Positions 1 to 11,010 of a DNA stretch of 53,102 bases are shown in pieces. The notes under the pieces are model-generated. The model was not told the DNA's origin. It did no database searches and saw only the letters and a program-made list of their open reading frames with translations. A program made the position numbers and the translations under genes. The DNA is from Cladosporium halotolerans (Eukaryota), in assembly GCF_011745625.1 (NCBI RefSeq), contig NW_027191465.1:558001-611102 (forward strand), in the 5' to 3' direction. Positions within the stretch are counted from its first letter, which is position 1, and each line of letters begins with the position of its first letter.

Positions 1-2494
1 TGAGGACGGTGCGGCCCTCGCCATCAATCTCGACGGAAGCAGCGTCAGGAATAGCCCATACTTGGCCTTGTTCAGTCACATCCGAGAGACCTCGTCGTAG
101 CACCTTACTCCTGCCAGTGAGGAGAAAGCGGTGTACCGGGATGCGCAGCTCGGAACTCGACGTAGCCAGAACCGCATCGTACTTCGCGGCAGAGTCATTC
201 ATGGCCCGCTCGCAGATATCAGCAAGATCCTTCTCCAGATCCTTGCTCTCTAGAATCGCGCGTCTGAGCGTCTGCATCTCATCGGGCTTCCGGTTCCCCT
301 GCCAGAAGCGCGGCCTATCCTCAGCGTTCATCTCCGCTTGCTCCAACCGCAAAGCCAGCGGTCTCAGAGCGAAAAGCGGAAGGTACTGCTTCCACAGCGT
401 TTGGTCCTCCACCACAATCTGCGTCTTCGTAACGTCGCAGTCTCGCCTGACCGCAGCGTAGGCGCCGTGCGCCGAAGCTCGAACAGCCAGCACGCGGGTC
501 AAACCCGGAATGCGAGAGAACTTGTAGTCCTTCGGCTTGTACTCACCCGTGCCAGATGCAGTGGCGTCCTTGATCTTCGCGCGCTTTGTGCGCTTCCAGA
601 CACTACCTTCCTCGGTGGTGAGGAGGATCGAGCCGTCTGCGTCAACACCGACGTCGCGGGCCGCCATATTGCCCGTCTTGAGGGACCAGATACACACAGG
701 CTGGCTGACGGCGCCGCGGATTTTGGTCGGGTTTGTGGTGGATGAGGCCTGGTTGCCACCCCTGTGTGCGACCGAAAGTGTGAAGATCTCACCCCTGCTT
801 GAAAGTGCGCATACAGTATCGCCGCCGGATGTGACTTTGACGATCCTGTTTGGGGCGGTGTCGTAGGTTGTGACAAGAAAGCTCTGCTTCAGGAAATGGT
901 TCGAGAAGCCTTCCAGAGGGAACGATACCTTGGCGTACCCGAAGTTTGCGAAGACGTAGACGTCGTGATTTTCGAGCAGGCAGACTGTGGCCTTGTCGAC
1001 TGCGGAGACACTTGCGATAGGCGACGTGAAGAGAGAGGCTGCCACTTTGCGAGGTGTGACCTGGATTTCCAGTGACCGCGCGTCAGAGTCGACGATGCCG
1101 AGCTGACCTTCGTTCTTGCCAAACGTAAATAGTGATGCGCCGGTAAAAGCGACAGAGTGGATGCGAGACGAAGCGATGCCCGCAATGGATTCTCGCTTCA
1201 ACGGTCCAAATATCTGCTGAGGAACCGTGCTGATTGGGTCTTCGTCGTTCCTGGTCTTTGGTAGACTGTAGCCAAGCTGACCAAACCCGTTGTTGCCCCA
1301 GCTGTATATCTCACCGTCGGTGGAAATAGCAAGTGTGTGATTTTGTCCAAGCGCGACAGTTGCGATCTTCTTTCCGGCCAGAGCACCTCCTTCAACACAA
1401 ACAAAATTGTACCGTGTGCGCTCGTCGCCGACACCCAATCTACCACCTTGTCCGTGCCCGCACATGTAAAGGTTCGACTCTGGGTCTGTGGTGAGCACGG
1501 CCGTGTGTAGCTTAGCCATTAGTACATCCTGGATAATCAACGGCTTGGTCCTGACAATCCAAGGAATCTTCTCAACAGGCGTGCTTTTGGCAAGTCTGAC
1601 TTGAGACTCGTGAGTAGCGTCATGAGCAGACAAAGTCTTGTCTTGCTGCTTGAGGTGCTCGCGGTAAAAGCGTCGCAGAAGATGCTCTGGTCGGCGCAGA
1701 ACGATGCGCTCGGGAAATTGCCTGTCGTCCTCATCGCCAAATCCAAGAGACACATTTCTGTTGCTGCCGAATGTGTACACTTCGTCGCCGTTGACCTGTG
1801 TGTATGCTACGTTGTGATACCTCTTGTATTCATCGTCGTCGTCGGCATCCATTCGACCGTCTTCCTCATCGCTGCCATCAGCTTCTTCGTGAATTTGATC
1901 GCTCGTTTCTGGTCGAAGAGTGCGATCCTTGATTGTGGCGGCGTATAGATCGAATGGGCCATGGCCTTCGCGATCCTTGATCTTGACCAGCCCGACAGTC
2001 TGCTGAACGTGCCCGGTGGTCTGACCAAGAGCGTTTCCAACGTCGCGTTCAAGAATCATCCGAGCTATTGATATATTGCCGAAGTAGAATGCGCGGTGCA
2101 GTGCCGTCCAGTTGTTCTCGTAGTCTTGGACGTACAGATCAATGAGTGGATGCTCGACAAGAGCTGCAGCGAACGCTACTGCGTTCTCGTCTGATGACGA
2201 AGCAGCATGGTGCAGTATCGTCAATCCACTAGCATCTCTAAAGTTGATATCCGCCTTGGTGAATGTAATCCCACTATTGCCTGCGCCAGAGCTCCCGAAT
2301 CCAGACGACTTCCGGGTCTTGGCCAGCATGGTCGGACTCGTACTCAGCCCGCCTGGGCTTCCCACAGAGAAGTTTATGCCATTACCGCCTCCTCTTACGC
2401 CTATCTGCCTGGCGTTGGCAATCGAGGCCTCCAAGAGGTGCCGAAAAGAATCGACATCGTCTTCGTAGTAGGCCTTCCACAGATGGCTGCTCAT
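1..2494 (-). CDS. Ankyrin + RCC1-repeat (probably + BTB) protein, Btb1/IBTK-like; 3' part runs off the window
   Basis: Hand translation from ATG 2494 gives MSSHLWKAYYEDDVDSFRHLL, then ankyrin motifs (GLTILHHAA, NWTALHRAFYFGN) and RCC1 motifs (LYMCGHGQGGRLGVG, VALGQNHTLAISTDGEIYSWGNNGFGQLG). It is absent from the ORF track, probably because no stop falls inside the window. Confidence 0.85.
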   Translation of the reverse strand, partial: MSSHLWKAYYEDDVDSFRHLLEASIANARQIGVRGGGNGINFSVGSPGGLSTSPTMLAKTRKSSGFGSSGAGNSGITFTKADINFRDASGLTILHHAASSSDENAVAFAAALVEHPLIDLYVQDYENNWTALHRAFYFGNISIARMILERDVGNALGQTTGHVQQTVGLVKIKDREGHGPFDLYAATIKDRTLRPETSDQIHEEADGSDEEDGRMDADDDDEYKRYHNVAYTQVNGDEVYTFGSNRNVSLGFGDEDDRQFPERIVLRRPEHLLRRFYREHLKQQDKTLSAHDATHESQVRLAKSTPVEKIPWIVRTKPLIIQDVLMAKLHTAVLTTDPESNLYMCGHGQGGRLGVGDERTRYNFVCVEGGALAGKKIATVALGQNHTLAISTDGEIYSWGNNGFGQLGYSLPKTRNDEDPISTVPQQIFGPLKRESIAGIASSRIHSVAFTGASLFTFGKNEGQLGIVDSDARSLEIQVTPRKVAASLFTSPIASVSAVDKATVCLLENHDVYVFANFGYAKVSFPLEGFSNHFLKQSFLVTTYDTAPNRIVKVTSGGDTVCALSSRGEIFTLSVAHRGGNQASSTTNPTKIRGAVSQPVCIWSLKTGNMAARDVGVDADGSILLTTEEGSVWKRTKRAKIKDATASGTGEYKPKDYKFSRIPGLTRVLAVRASAHGAYAAVRRDCDVTKTQIVVEDQTLWKQYLPLFALRPLALRLEQAEMNAEDRPRFWQGNRKPDEMQTLRRAILESKDLEKDLADICERAMNDSAAKYDAVLATSSSELRIPVHRFLLTGRSKVLRRGLSDVTEQGQVWAIPDAASVEIDGEGRTVL

Positions 2495-3884
2495 AGATCG
2501 TCGCGGGAGGGTCCGATGGACTGGGAGATAGTCTCTGGGAGGCTTGCGCTGGTGCACCTGGCTGTGACCTCGCAGGGCACGGCGTGTTTAAAGGCGCGGG
2601 AGGCGAAGCCGGGAGACGATCTCCGGGAGGATGGAGTGAGGGTGTAAGGGGAATTTTGCGTTCCCTTTGGTGCGCGCAAATACAGCGGAGACTTGATGAG
2701 ATACGGAGTGGGATGCGGGAGTGGTGGTGAAGAGTGTGGTGTGGTGGAGGCGTGAGACGTGATGCGATAATCGATCGGCTTCGCGGTGGCGATGTGGGCG
2801 TCCTTTGTTCGTTGGATCGAGCGTTGCTGTCGGTGCAAGCTGGTGTCGCGGTACCGTGTGAGTTTGTACGGTATAGTAGAGGGTATCGCCGAGGATGCGA
2901 GCAAGAGGCGGAGTTGTTGACGCGTGGCGATCAAGTGGTGGTTCGTGGGCCGGCGGGCGAGGACCCCTCGGTGCGAGCTTGGTGGGATGGCGATGGGCTG
3001 CGCGGTGGTGGTGACGCATCTCCGCAGCCAACCACGCGCCCTCGTGCCGCCGGCTTCACCGTTCGCATCAATGGCTCCGCTCCGCTGCTGCACCGCGTGC
3101 AGCCCACGGCCAATGCCCAATGCCCATGTCGTGCATTAGCACGCTGTGGGGAGACAAGCACCATCCACGCCAATCATCCCGCCAACATCCTGCCATGTGT
3201 CTGGGTTATTCCGCAGTCTAACGTGCCCTCTGCTGCGCATGACATGTTTGTGACCTCCTCAGCTCGCAGAGCCATCACCTCCGTCCGCTACGCCGTCTGT
3301 CCGATCTACGTGAGGCCCTGCACCTACGGTCCTTGAGGACGGTAGTGCCGTTAAGTTAGGAACCAGACTGTTCGCGTATCCCATACATGCAATCTTGACA
3401 GCTTCAACCTATAGCATGGCACCCACAGTGAACGGGCGTCCAAACGTGACCCCGAGGTACAGTGGATATACTGCGTGGAGCTATGGGCTGCAGTACTGAA
3501 AGACAATGAATCGATTTCTTCGAACGAGCTCTAGTCGCTCCACATGCCTCTCCACGGCCAACCGGCACAGCCGATGCCATGGAACTGGAGCGAATTCAGA
3601 GACATTCCAGTGAGCGGGCCAAGGAGCTTCTTGCTAAATGGCAAGCATTCCTACCGTTTGTCAACAATGGACCCGCGTGAATCTGCATGGCACGGCCTGA
3701 GGGTCTGGTTGTCAGGCCATCCAGACCATTTGCCTTGTAACATGAGAGTCATACAGAACCTTTTGACGGCAGAGCGGATACAGCTATTTCACAACCACAA
3801 ACACTCCACGGCCTGAAGATCACTACCAATTCCTGAGCTTTGAGACTGCCAGAGCCACTACGAATACCGGGCGAAAGCCTCAAG

Positions 3885-5391
3885 ATGGCGTCCCGTGCCA
3901 TCCTCTGCCTGCTTCTTGCGACATCGACACAAGCGCACAGAGGCCCGCGGATACCCAGAGATCTTAGAGAAGAGTTCTTTGTTAGCAGACTCGCTGTCAA
4001 CGACCCTTTGCCATTGTCAGGGACGCCCAAGATCACGGAAAATATCATGGAGCTGCAGAGAACGAAAGGGAGCTCTCTGAGCTCAATGTATATCAATGCG
4101 ATAAGAGCCAAGGGTTCCGGCGCGGACCCGTACTACTCACGCATTAAGCAAGTGAGTCGCAGAGTCGATACATAGCATACACAGTGGCTGACTTACAATG
4201 CCACAGTTTGGGACAGTGGAAATGCTTGACATCGCAGGCGGGACCATCTTTCTCGCTCCAATCACTGTGGGTGGCCAGGAATTCAACGTAGTCATCGACA
4301 CAGGCAGCTCCGATCCCTGGCTGGTAATTACAGAATTTGACTGCTTCGATCCGGTTTCAGACATCCAAATCCCAGAAGCAGATTGCTTCTTTGGTCCTCT
4401 GTACGATAAGTTGTCTTCACCCACATACAGCAAACTCGTCGATCGCAGCATGAATCTTTCCTACGCGAGTGGAGAAACACTGAACGGGCTCATGGGCCGC
4501 GAAACCTTCACCATGGCCGACATCACAGTCCCGTCGCAAGAATTCGGTCTCGTCGACTACGCCGCCTGGAACGGCGACGGCGTCTCCTCCGGCCTCGTCG
4601 GCTTCGCCTACCGCACCCTGACCTCCATGTACGTCGGCGAAGTCCCCAAAGACGCCGTCCCCGGCCGCGCCCTCAAGTACAACACGCTCTTCGACAACAT
4701 GTACCGCTCCAACACCACCGACCCCGTCTTCAGCATGGCCCTCACCCGCGACCCCAACTACACCGGCAAGGGCGGGCTGATGTCCCTCGGCGGCATCCCC
4801 AACATCCCCTTCGGCCCAACCTGGATCTCCACCCCCATCATCCCCGTCGGCATCAACCGCACCTCCGGCGAAATCGAATACCAATTCTACACCATCTCCG
4901 TCGACGGCTTCTCCATCTCCGCCGACCCAGGCGCGCAGTTCGCCTCCGCCGCCGACGCCCGCCGCAACCCGCGCAAAACCCCGCTCAAAGGCCCCTTCGA
5001 CCCCTCCGACCCAGACAGCACGCGCGTCAACGCCATCGTCGACTCCGGCACGTCTCTAGTGTACATCGAAGACGAGCTCGCGCTCGAGGTGGCCGAGGCC
5101 TTCCGCCCGCCCGGCTGGAAAGACGAGGCCACGAACCTGTACACGGTGCCGTGCGGCAGCACGCCGCCGACGTTCGGCGTCAGCGTCGAGGGCAAGGTTT
5201 TCAACGTCCACCCGGACGACATGATCCTGCAGGCCGGGCCGGACCTGTGCATCAGCGGCGTGCAGGAGAACCACGATGGGCTGTGGATTCTGGGGGACGT
5301 GTGGATGAAGGCTGTGCTGTGTGTGTTTGATGTGGGGAGCGGGTGGATGAGGTTTGCGGGCAGGCAGTATTATGGGTCGTCGTGGGATTGA
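3885..5391 (+). CDS. Secreted A1 (pepsin-like) aspartic protease; exons 3885-4151 and 4207-5391
   Basis: Signal peptide MASRAILCLLLATSTQA. Phase-0 intron 4152-4206 (GTGAGT...GCTGAC...CAG). Catalytic motifs VVIDTGSSD and AIVDSGTS, flap LSYASG, C-terminal WILGDVW. Confidence 0.92.
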
Positions 5392-5759
5392 TGACTGGGG
5401 AGTCTAGGAGGGGTTTTGATGGAGATGGATGTCTGTAGCGTTTGCAATGAATGCCACTCTAGATCGAGTTCACCAGGAAAGTTGCAGCTTTTGACGAATA
5501 ATGCGTTCCGAATTGCATATCGTTCTTGAACAGTGCCATGCTATTCAAACCTTTTCTATCGCAAGTTCGATCGAGCGTGGCTCGCAGAATTACTTAGAAC
5601 TCGCCATGAAGGCTCGAGGGACCTAAGGCATAAGCTGAACAGGCAGCCCAACTCAGAATGCGACGACGTGATTGGCTCGGATAAGCCCGGCGCTAGCTGC
5701 GGTACCACAAGCACAATACATCTGCCTCGACTTGCCTTGAGGCCTCAAGATCAGGTAAT

Positions 5760-6105
5760 CCATCAAGAATGCAGCGGAATTGACGTATTTTCGAGCTCTT
5801 CATCATCAATATTGATGGCTATCAACCAGCGCTTTGATGGTTTGATGCGCAGTCTCTCCTTTTTCGATGGCGCACGCAGGCGATGCAGGGCTGGTGTGTT
5901 ACGGTCGGATCACATCTGTTGTAGATAAAGGTAAGGCAAACCATCAAGAGAACTGCATAATGAGCGTATTTCTGAGCTCTTCATCATCAACTTGATGGCT
6001 ATCAACCAGCGCTTCGATGGCCTGATGCGCAATCTCTCCTTTTTTGATGGCGCAGGGAAGCGATGCAGGGCTGGTGTCTCACGGTCGGATCACATCTATG
6101 GTAGA
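5760..6105. repeat. Diverged tandem duplication, period about 181 bp, 2 copies
   Basis: The block GTATTT...GAGCTCTTCATCATCAA...GATGGCTATCAACCAGCGCTT...CGATGCAGGGCTGGTGT...ACGGTCGGATCACATCT starts at 5785 and again at 5966. Confidence 0.9.
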
Positions 6106-6768
6106 ACATGGGTTGCAGTTTGAGAACGATCAAAGGTCACGAGTGCGCGATAACATCTCGATCTAAGGAGCGCAAACATTCACACCCTCGATCGAACCAG
6201 AAAACGGATTGTCCATCCTTCAGCCTCACCCCGCGGGTTGTTACCTTCAGGAACATAGTACGCTCACTCGAACAACAGGGCAGCCGCAAGATCAACACAA
6301 AGACATTCAGACAATCCACGCAGCGAATCCAGAGAAATGGAAGAACAGAACGACGAGCATCAAGCGAGAACCTTCAGCAACATCCACGTCTCCGGCAAAG
6401 AACGAGTGGTGCTCGGGAACGTGCGCGAAGAGAAGGCTGGGTCCATTTCGCAAGGCGACCGTAAGAGCATGTCAACTCGGTCAGATCGCGGAACATACTA
6501 ACGAATTGTCATGGGTAGTTTGCAAGCCAGTTACCGACGAACCTGCTACTAAGTGGGAGGAGCATGCTGGCGACGATGCCAAACAGCCTGTGACAGTACA
6601 CTCACGCACTTGAACAAGAGTACTGGAAGACACCGAGCACAAGCCAAGCTTCTACACGGGGGACATCAAAGAGGAGATCAAAGGGGGATGATCGGGAACA
6701 TGGGTCGCGAAGCACAAGACTGCAGGTAGATTTGAGCAATACGGAAAGCCCGAGAGCACAATCTCCTC

Positions 6769-9517
6769 TCACAGATTGTTGTCCTTCTTGAACTTGTCCC
6801 AAGCCTCGTTGAGCGTGCTGAACACGGCTCCGCTGATCATCCTCTGCTCTGTGCTGGCGTCTTGGGGTATCTGCGAAAAGATCCATTAGTCCCAGAGAAC
6901 GCATTCCAACTCCACAATGAAAACTCACCTTATCAGGATGCACCTTGCCGATTGCCTTCATATAGACGATCTTGACCTTATTCGGCATCACCAAATCGCT
7001 CATGCCGACCTTCTTCCACCCGGCGCCCTCCCACAGCACGCCGTCCAGGCTCTGCAGCAGAGCCCGCAGGTTGTCCGCTTTGCCACCCTTCCAAGCCGTC
7101 AAGCGCGCCTCGACGGCATCAGTCAGAGCAAACTTCTCGTCGTCCGCCTTCTCCGCCGCCGCGTTCGCCTCGCGCAGCCGCTTGACGGCCTCCGCAGAAG
7201 TCGCAGAGCTGAGCGCCGGGCGCTGCATGCTGTTGCCCATGCTCTTCGCGGGCGGGGCCTTGCCAGCCGACGGCGCGGCGCTGCGTATGGGCGCAGCCTT
7301 AGGCTTAGGAGCCTGCTTGGGCGCGGCGGTCTTCTCGCAGCGGTCGCGGCCTCGAATCGCAACAGCGCCGCCGACGCCGGCCTGCACGGCCTGCTTCCAG
7401 ACGGCGGCGGCGTCGGCCCACTTCTCCATGTGCTCGAGGGCTTCGGCCTTGCGCATGAGGGCCTTGCCGAAGGACTCGCGCATGTCTTTTGCGCCTTCGC
7501 CGGCGCCGAGGTCGATGGACTCGTTGGCGCCTTGGCTGGGGCCGATGATGGAGAGGGCTTGGTCTGCGTCGGAGACGGCGAGTTTGGGGTCGCCGGTTTT
7601 GATGGCTGTGAGTGCGCGGTTGCAAAGGACGATGATTGCGATGGGGTGGGTGGGAGGGAGCGGCGAGAGGGCAGCGGTGTAGGACTCGTGGGCTGCGGCG
7701 AAGTCTCCTCGTTTGAAAGCTTCGCCTCCACGTTTGCGCTGGTCCGCTGAAGAAGAAAGGGCTGAAGGGGACGTGGGCGGGACAGATCGCGGTGCAGCTT
7801 GAGGACGTGGGCTAGGTGCTGCGCTAGGTCGTGAAGCGGGTTTGGGTGCGGTCGTAGTCGTTGCGGGTTTGGCTGGTGCTGGACCGAAGAGATCAACCTC
7901 TGGTTCAGGCTGAGGCTCAGGCTTCGGTGTTGTCTTCTTCCTCCTGGATGGGCTGACGTAGGCCTGCGCAGATTGGTCCTCAACGTCTTGTCTACTCAAT
8001 TTCGCTGTCGGTCGCTTGTCAAGCGAAGGCTGCTGCTCCATAAACCTTGGCTGTGGTGAGGCACGCTGTTGAGGTTGTTGTGTTGCTTCACGGCTTGGAG
8101 GACCTTGAGATGTCTCTCTGCCAGAAGACCTCGCAGGTCTCTGCGGAAGGACCTCACGCGGCGCATCCAACATAGCAGCCTCATCCGTCGCTTGCTGCGC
8201 TGCCGATGGCGGCGGCTGTCGTCGCTGGCTGTTCGATCGACTCGAGCCACCACTCGGTCCTTCTGTCATCCACTTAGGCTGGTTGGTATTGCGTTCTTGC
8301 TGAAAGTCCGCCATCGTCTTCGCCATCTGTTTCTGGCTAGCTTTCCAGATCGAGTTGGCCGATTTGAAAAGCTTGGTGCCAAACTCCGAAGCCATCTGCG
8401 ATGCGTCTCTGTCGCCTTCAGCAGGTGATCCATTGTCCTGACGCCGAGCCGCCGAGCTCGACCGGCTTTGTTCGCGCATCCAACTGGGCGCCGCTCCATC
8501 CTGATCACCCCGTTGCCGCGAGGCTGGTCCCCGGCTTCCTCCAGAGGGGCTTCGCCGTCTCGGTTGCGATTCGTTTTGGGCCTCTTTCTTGGACTGAGCA
8601 TGTGCTTGCTGCAAGAGCCAGCCTACAGCGTTCTGCACATCTCCGCCAGTCTCGGCCAGAGCCACCTCCGCTGTATCACTAGGGAACCCCATATCGACTA
8701 GCTCCGCGAGCGCTCGATCTTGCGCCTCGTTTCCTCGCGCAGATCTGTTTGATGCCACATTCTCATCCCACTCAGGCGCTGCAGCCACAGACGAAGGCTG
8801 CCTGGCTGGCTTTGGCGCAACAGGTCTTCCCAGATCTCCAAGAATATCGTCCTCGTCCGTCGCCGCCGGCGCAGGCTGCTTGCTCGCGTGTCCATTGCTC
8901 TTCTGAGCGATCTCAGCCAAACCAAAAGGATCGTCGTCGTCGTCGAAAGCTGCTGCGGGAGTAGGCGCGGCCGCAGCGGGTTGGGTCGCTGCGGGAGTGC
9001 TTCTGCCGCTCGCTGCGCCAGACGGTGGAGGAGGATAGTGGCTAGCCTTGTCTACAGGCGCAGATCGATTGAAAGCAGCCAGTATGTCATCCACGTCTTC
9101 TCCGGTGCTCTGCGCAGGAGCCGGGGACGGACTTCGAAGATCCGGTGTTCCCCTCCCACTGCCCAGGTTGTCCCACAATTGCGCCTGCTGGTTCTGCTGC
9201 CTCCTCTTCTCCTCGATCAACTGCTTCTGCCTTTCTTGGATCGAAAGGTTGTTCGCGGCCTTTTGCGAGGGGAGCGAAGTGAGGTTTCCAAAGGCATCGC
9301 CCGCGGGCGTGGTCGGCTTAGAACCTATCTTCGGCGCATTGTTGACCGTGCTGGATGAGCGGCTGAGGTTGAGCGGCGACGCATTACCCGACTGCTGCTG
9401 AGGTTGCGGACTCGCTCGGAATCCGTTGTAGGCTGCAGCGAAGTTGTTGGGTTGTAAGGGCGCGGAAGCTGGCTGTTTGGGTGCGCTTTGCCAGTCTTCG
9501 CCGAGCAGATCGTCCAT
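6769..9517 (-). CDS. SWA2: Auxilin-like clathrin-uncoating factor (UBA + TPR + C-terminal J domain); exons 9517-6929 and 6870-6769
   Basis: UBA (LAELVDMGFP...GGDVQNAVGWLL), TPR (GGEAFKRGDF...LCNRALTAIK) and J-domain HPD (KVHPDK). Intron 6928-6871 (GTGAGT...CTAAT...CAG) restores the C-terminus IPQDASTEQRMISGAVFSTLNEAWDKFKKDNNL*. Confidence 0.9.
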
Positions 9518-11010
9518 TTTTGGTTCGGTCGTCTAGGTGCTAAGCATCGCAAGGAATGTTTGGTAACTTGGAAAGGGATTTCGCTAAAGGTTCGCAAAGC
9601 ACGATGTTGTTTGTCCGTAGGCCTTGACTTGGCGAACGACGCTCGCGTGAGACGTCAAGTGGCAGGTCCACTTGTGGAGCAAACGCTGAGTGCCTAAGGC
9701 AGGGATGGGCGTTCTGGGTCTCCAGCACAGCACAAGAAATACAGTTGCAGAGGTGGGTTTACATGCTTAGGAAGTGTTTCATTATCATTAGTGCGGTCTA
9801 ATCGTCTTCGTGGACGAACCGATCTATCGTATGCCAATGCGCTCGCTCGCAAATGACCTTGGCGAATGTAGACTTGCTCAACTCCCATCGATACCTAGTC
9901 TGTTCCAGCAGACTCATAACTCTCCAACCTTCCATGACCACCTGCTCAATGAAGGACAAGCTTTCTAATCTGTCCCACTCCCAGGCCCCAAACGATTCTG
10001 TAACACAACACACTAGCCTCGCGAAGTCCCGCTTGTTCCAGCAGACTCACTCTCCAATACTCCCATTACCACCTGTTTCAATGAACAAAAACCTCGACAA
10101 CCTTCCCGACAAATCCCGTTCATGATGAAGGCGTTTTTTTGTTTTTTTTTTTGGTCTTGGTTTTGGTTTTATGTTTTTCTGTTCTTCTGCTTCTTTTTTT
10201 CATTATTTTGTGTACTTTTCTTTCGTTTTCAATAAACGCCGCATGCACTCGTATAGTCGTTTCTGCTTCATGGCGGTGACCTTCCCAATCTATCCCAATC
10301 CCAAACCCAAAACGCCTTTGCGCCATACCCAAACAGAAGACCATCAACAGCTCAAACGAATAAGAAAAGAAAAGAAAAGGTCATGATTTTGGTTGTAAAC
10401 ACACGCTGCGTCGACTCGTAAAGTCGTTTCATGCATTCATGACGGCATAAGCGGGACCGCATGTGGAAGCTCAGCCAGCCGAAGTCGGCTGCCATTGGAC
10501 TCTGCCCGCATTTCTTGGAGAGCATGGCAAAACTCTGTTTGCCTATCTTCCGGCGCGGTAAGCGGGTACTTGTGTAGAGCTTGTGGAGCGAGCGCTTGGG
10601 CTTTGTGTTTTTCGTGACTTCGTTTTCGCGTGGTCGTCGTTATCCATTCGCGGAAGTCTTTTTGACTCTTTGGTCGAACAGCAATCGTTGTTGCTGAGAA
10701 GTTCGAGTCGACGGCCGGAGCGATTTGGCGTCGCGGGGTTCACGAGCGTCGGATCGCGGTGGGGGGCCTTGAGGCGCATTTTGCTTTGGCCTCAACGTCG
10801 CTCGGCTGTGTGTTTCGTGCGGTCGTTTCGCGAGATCGGCTTTGATATTTCGTGAGATTCGGAATTTCTGATCGACGGCAATCATTGTTGCTGACGAATT
10901 CGAGCCATCAGCGGCGGTGTTCTTGCCTTGCAGGTGTCACGAAGCCGGATTGCGGTGGGCGCTTTGCTTTTGCCCCAACGTCTCGGCTGCGTCGCGAGAG
11001 CAAACGCCGA

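Noticed and set aside
6602..6928. C-terminal extension of the 971-aa SWA2 ORF in the ORF track
   Set aside because: It is read-through of intron 6928-6871; the spliced frame gives the conserved J-domain end at 6769.
9900..10060. Short direct repeat TGTTCCAGCAGACTCA...CTCTCCAA (2 copies) and nearby poly-T tract
   Set aside because: Only two short copies in an intergenic region; no array or RNA-gene features.
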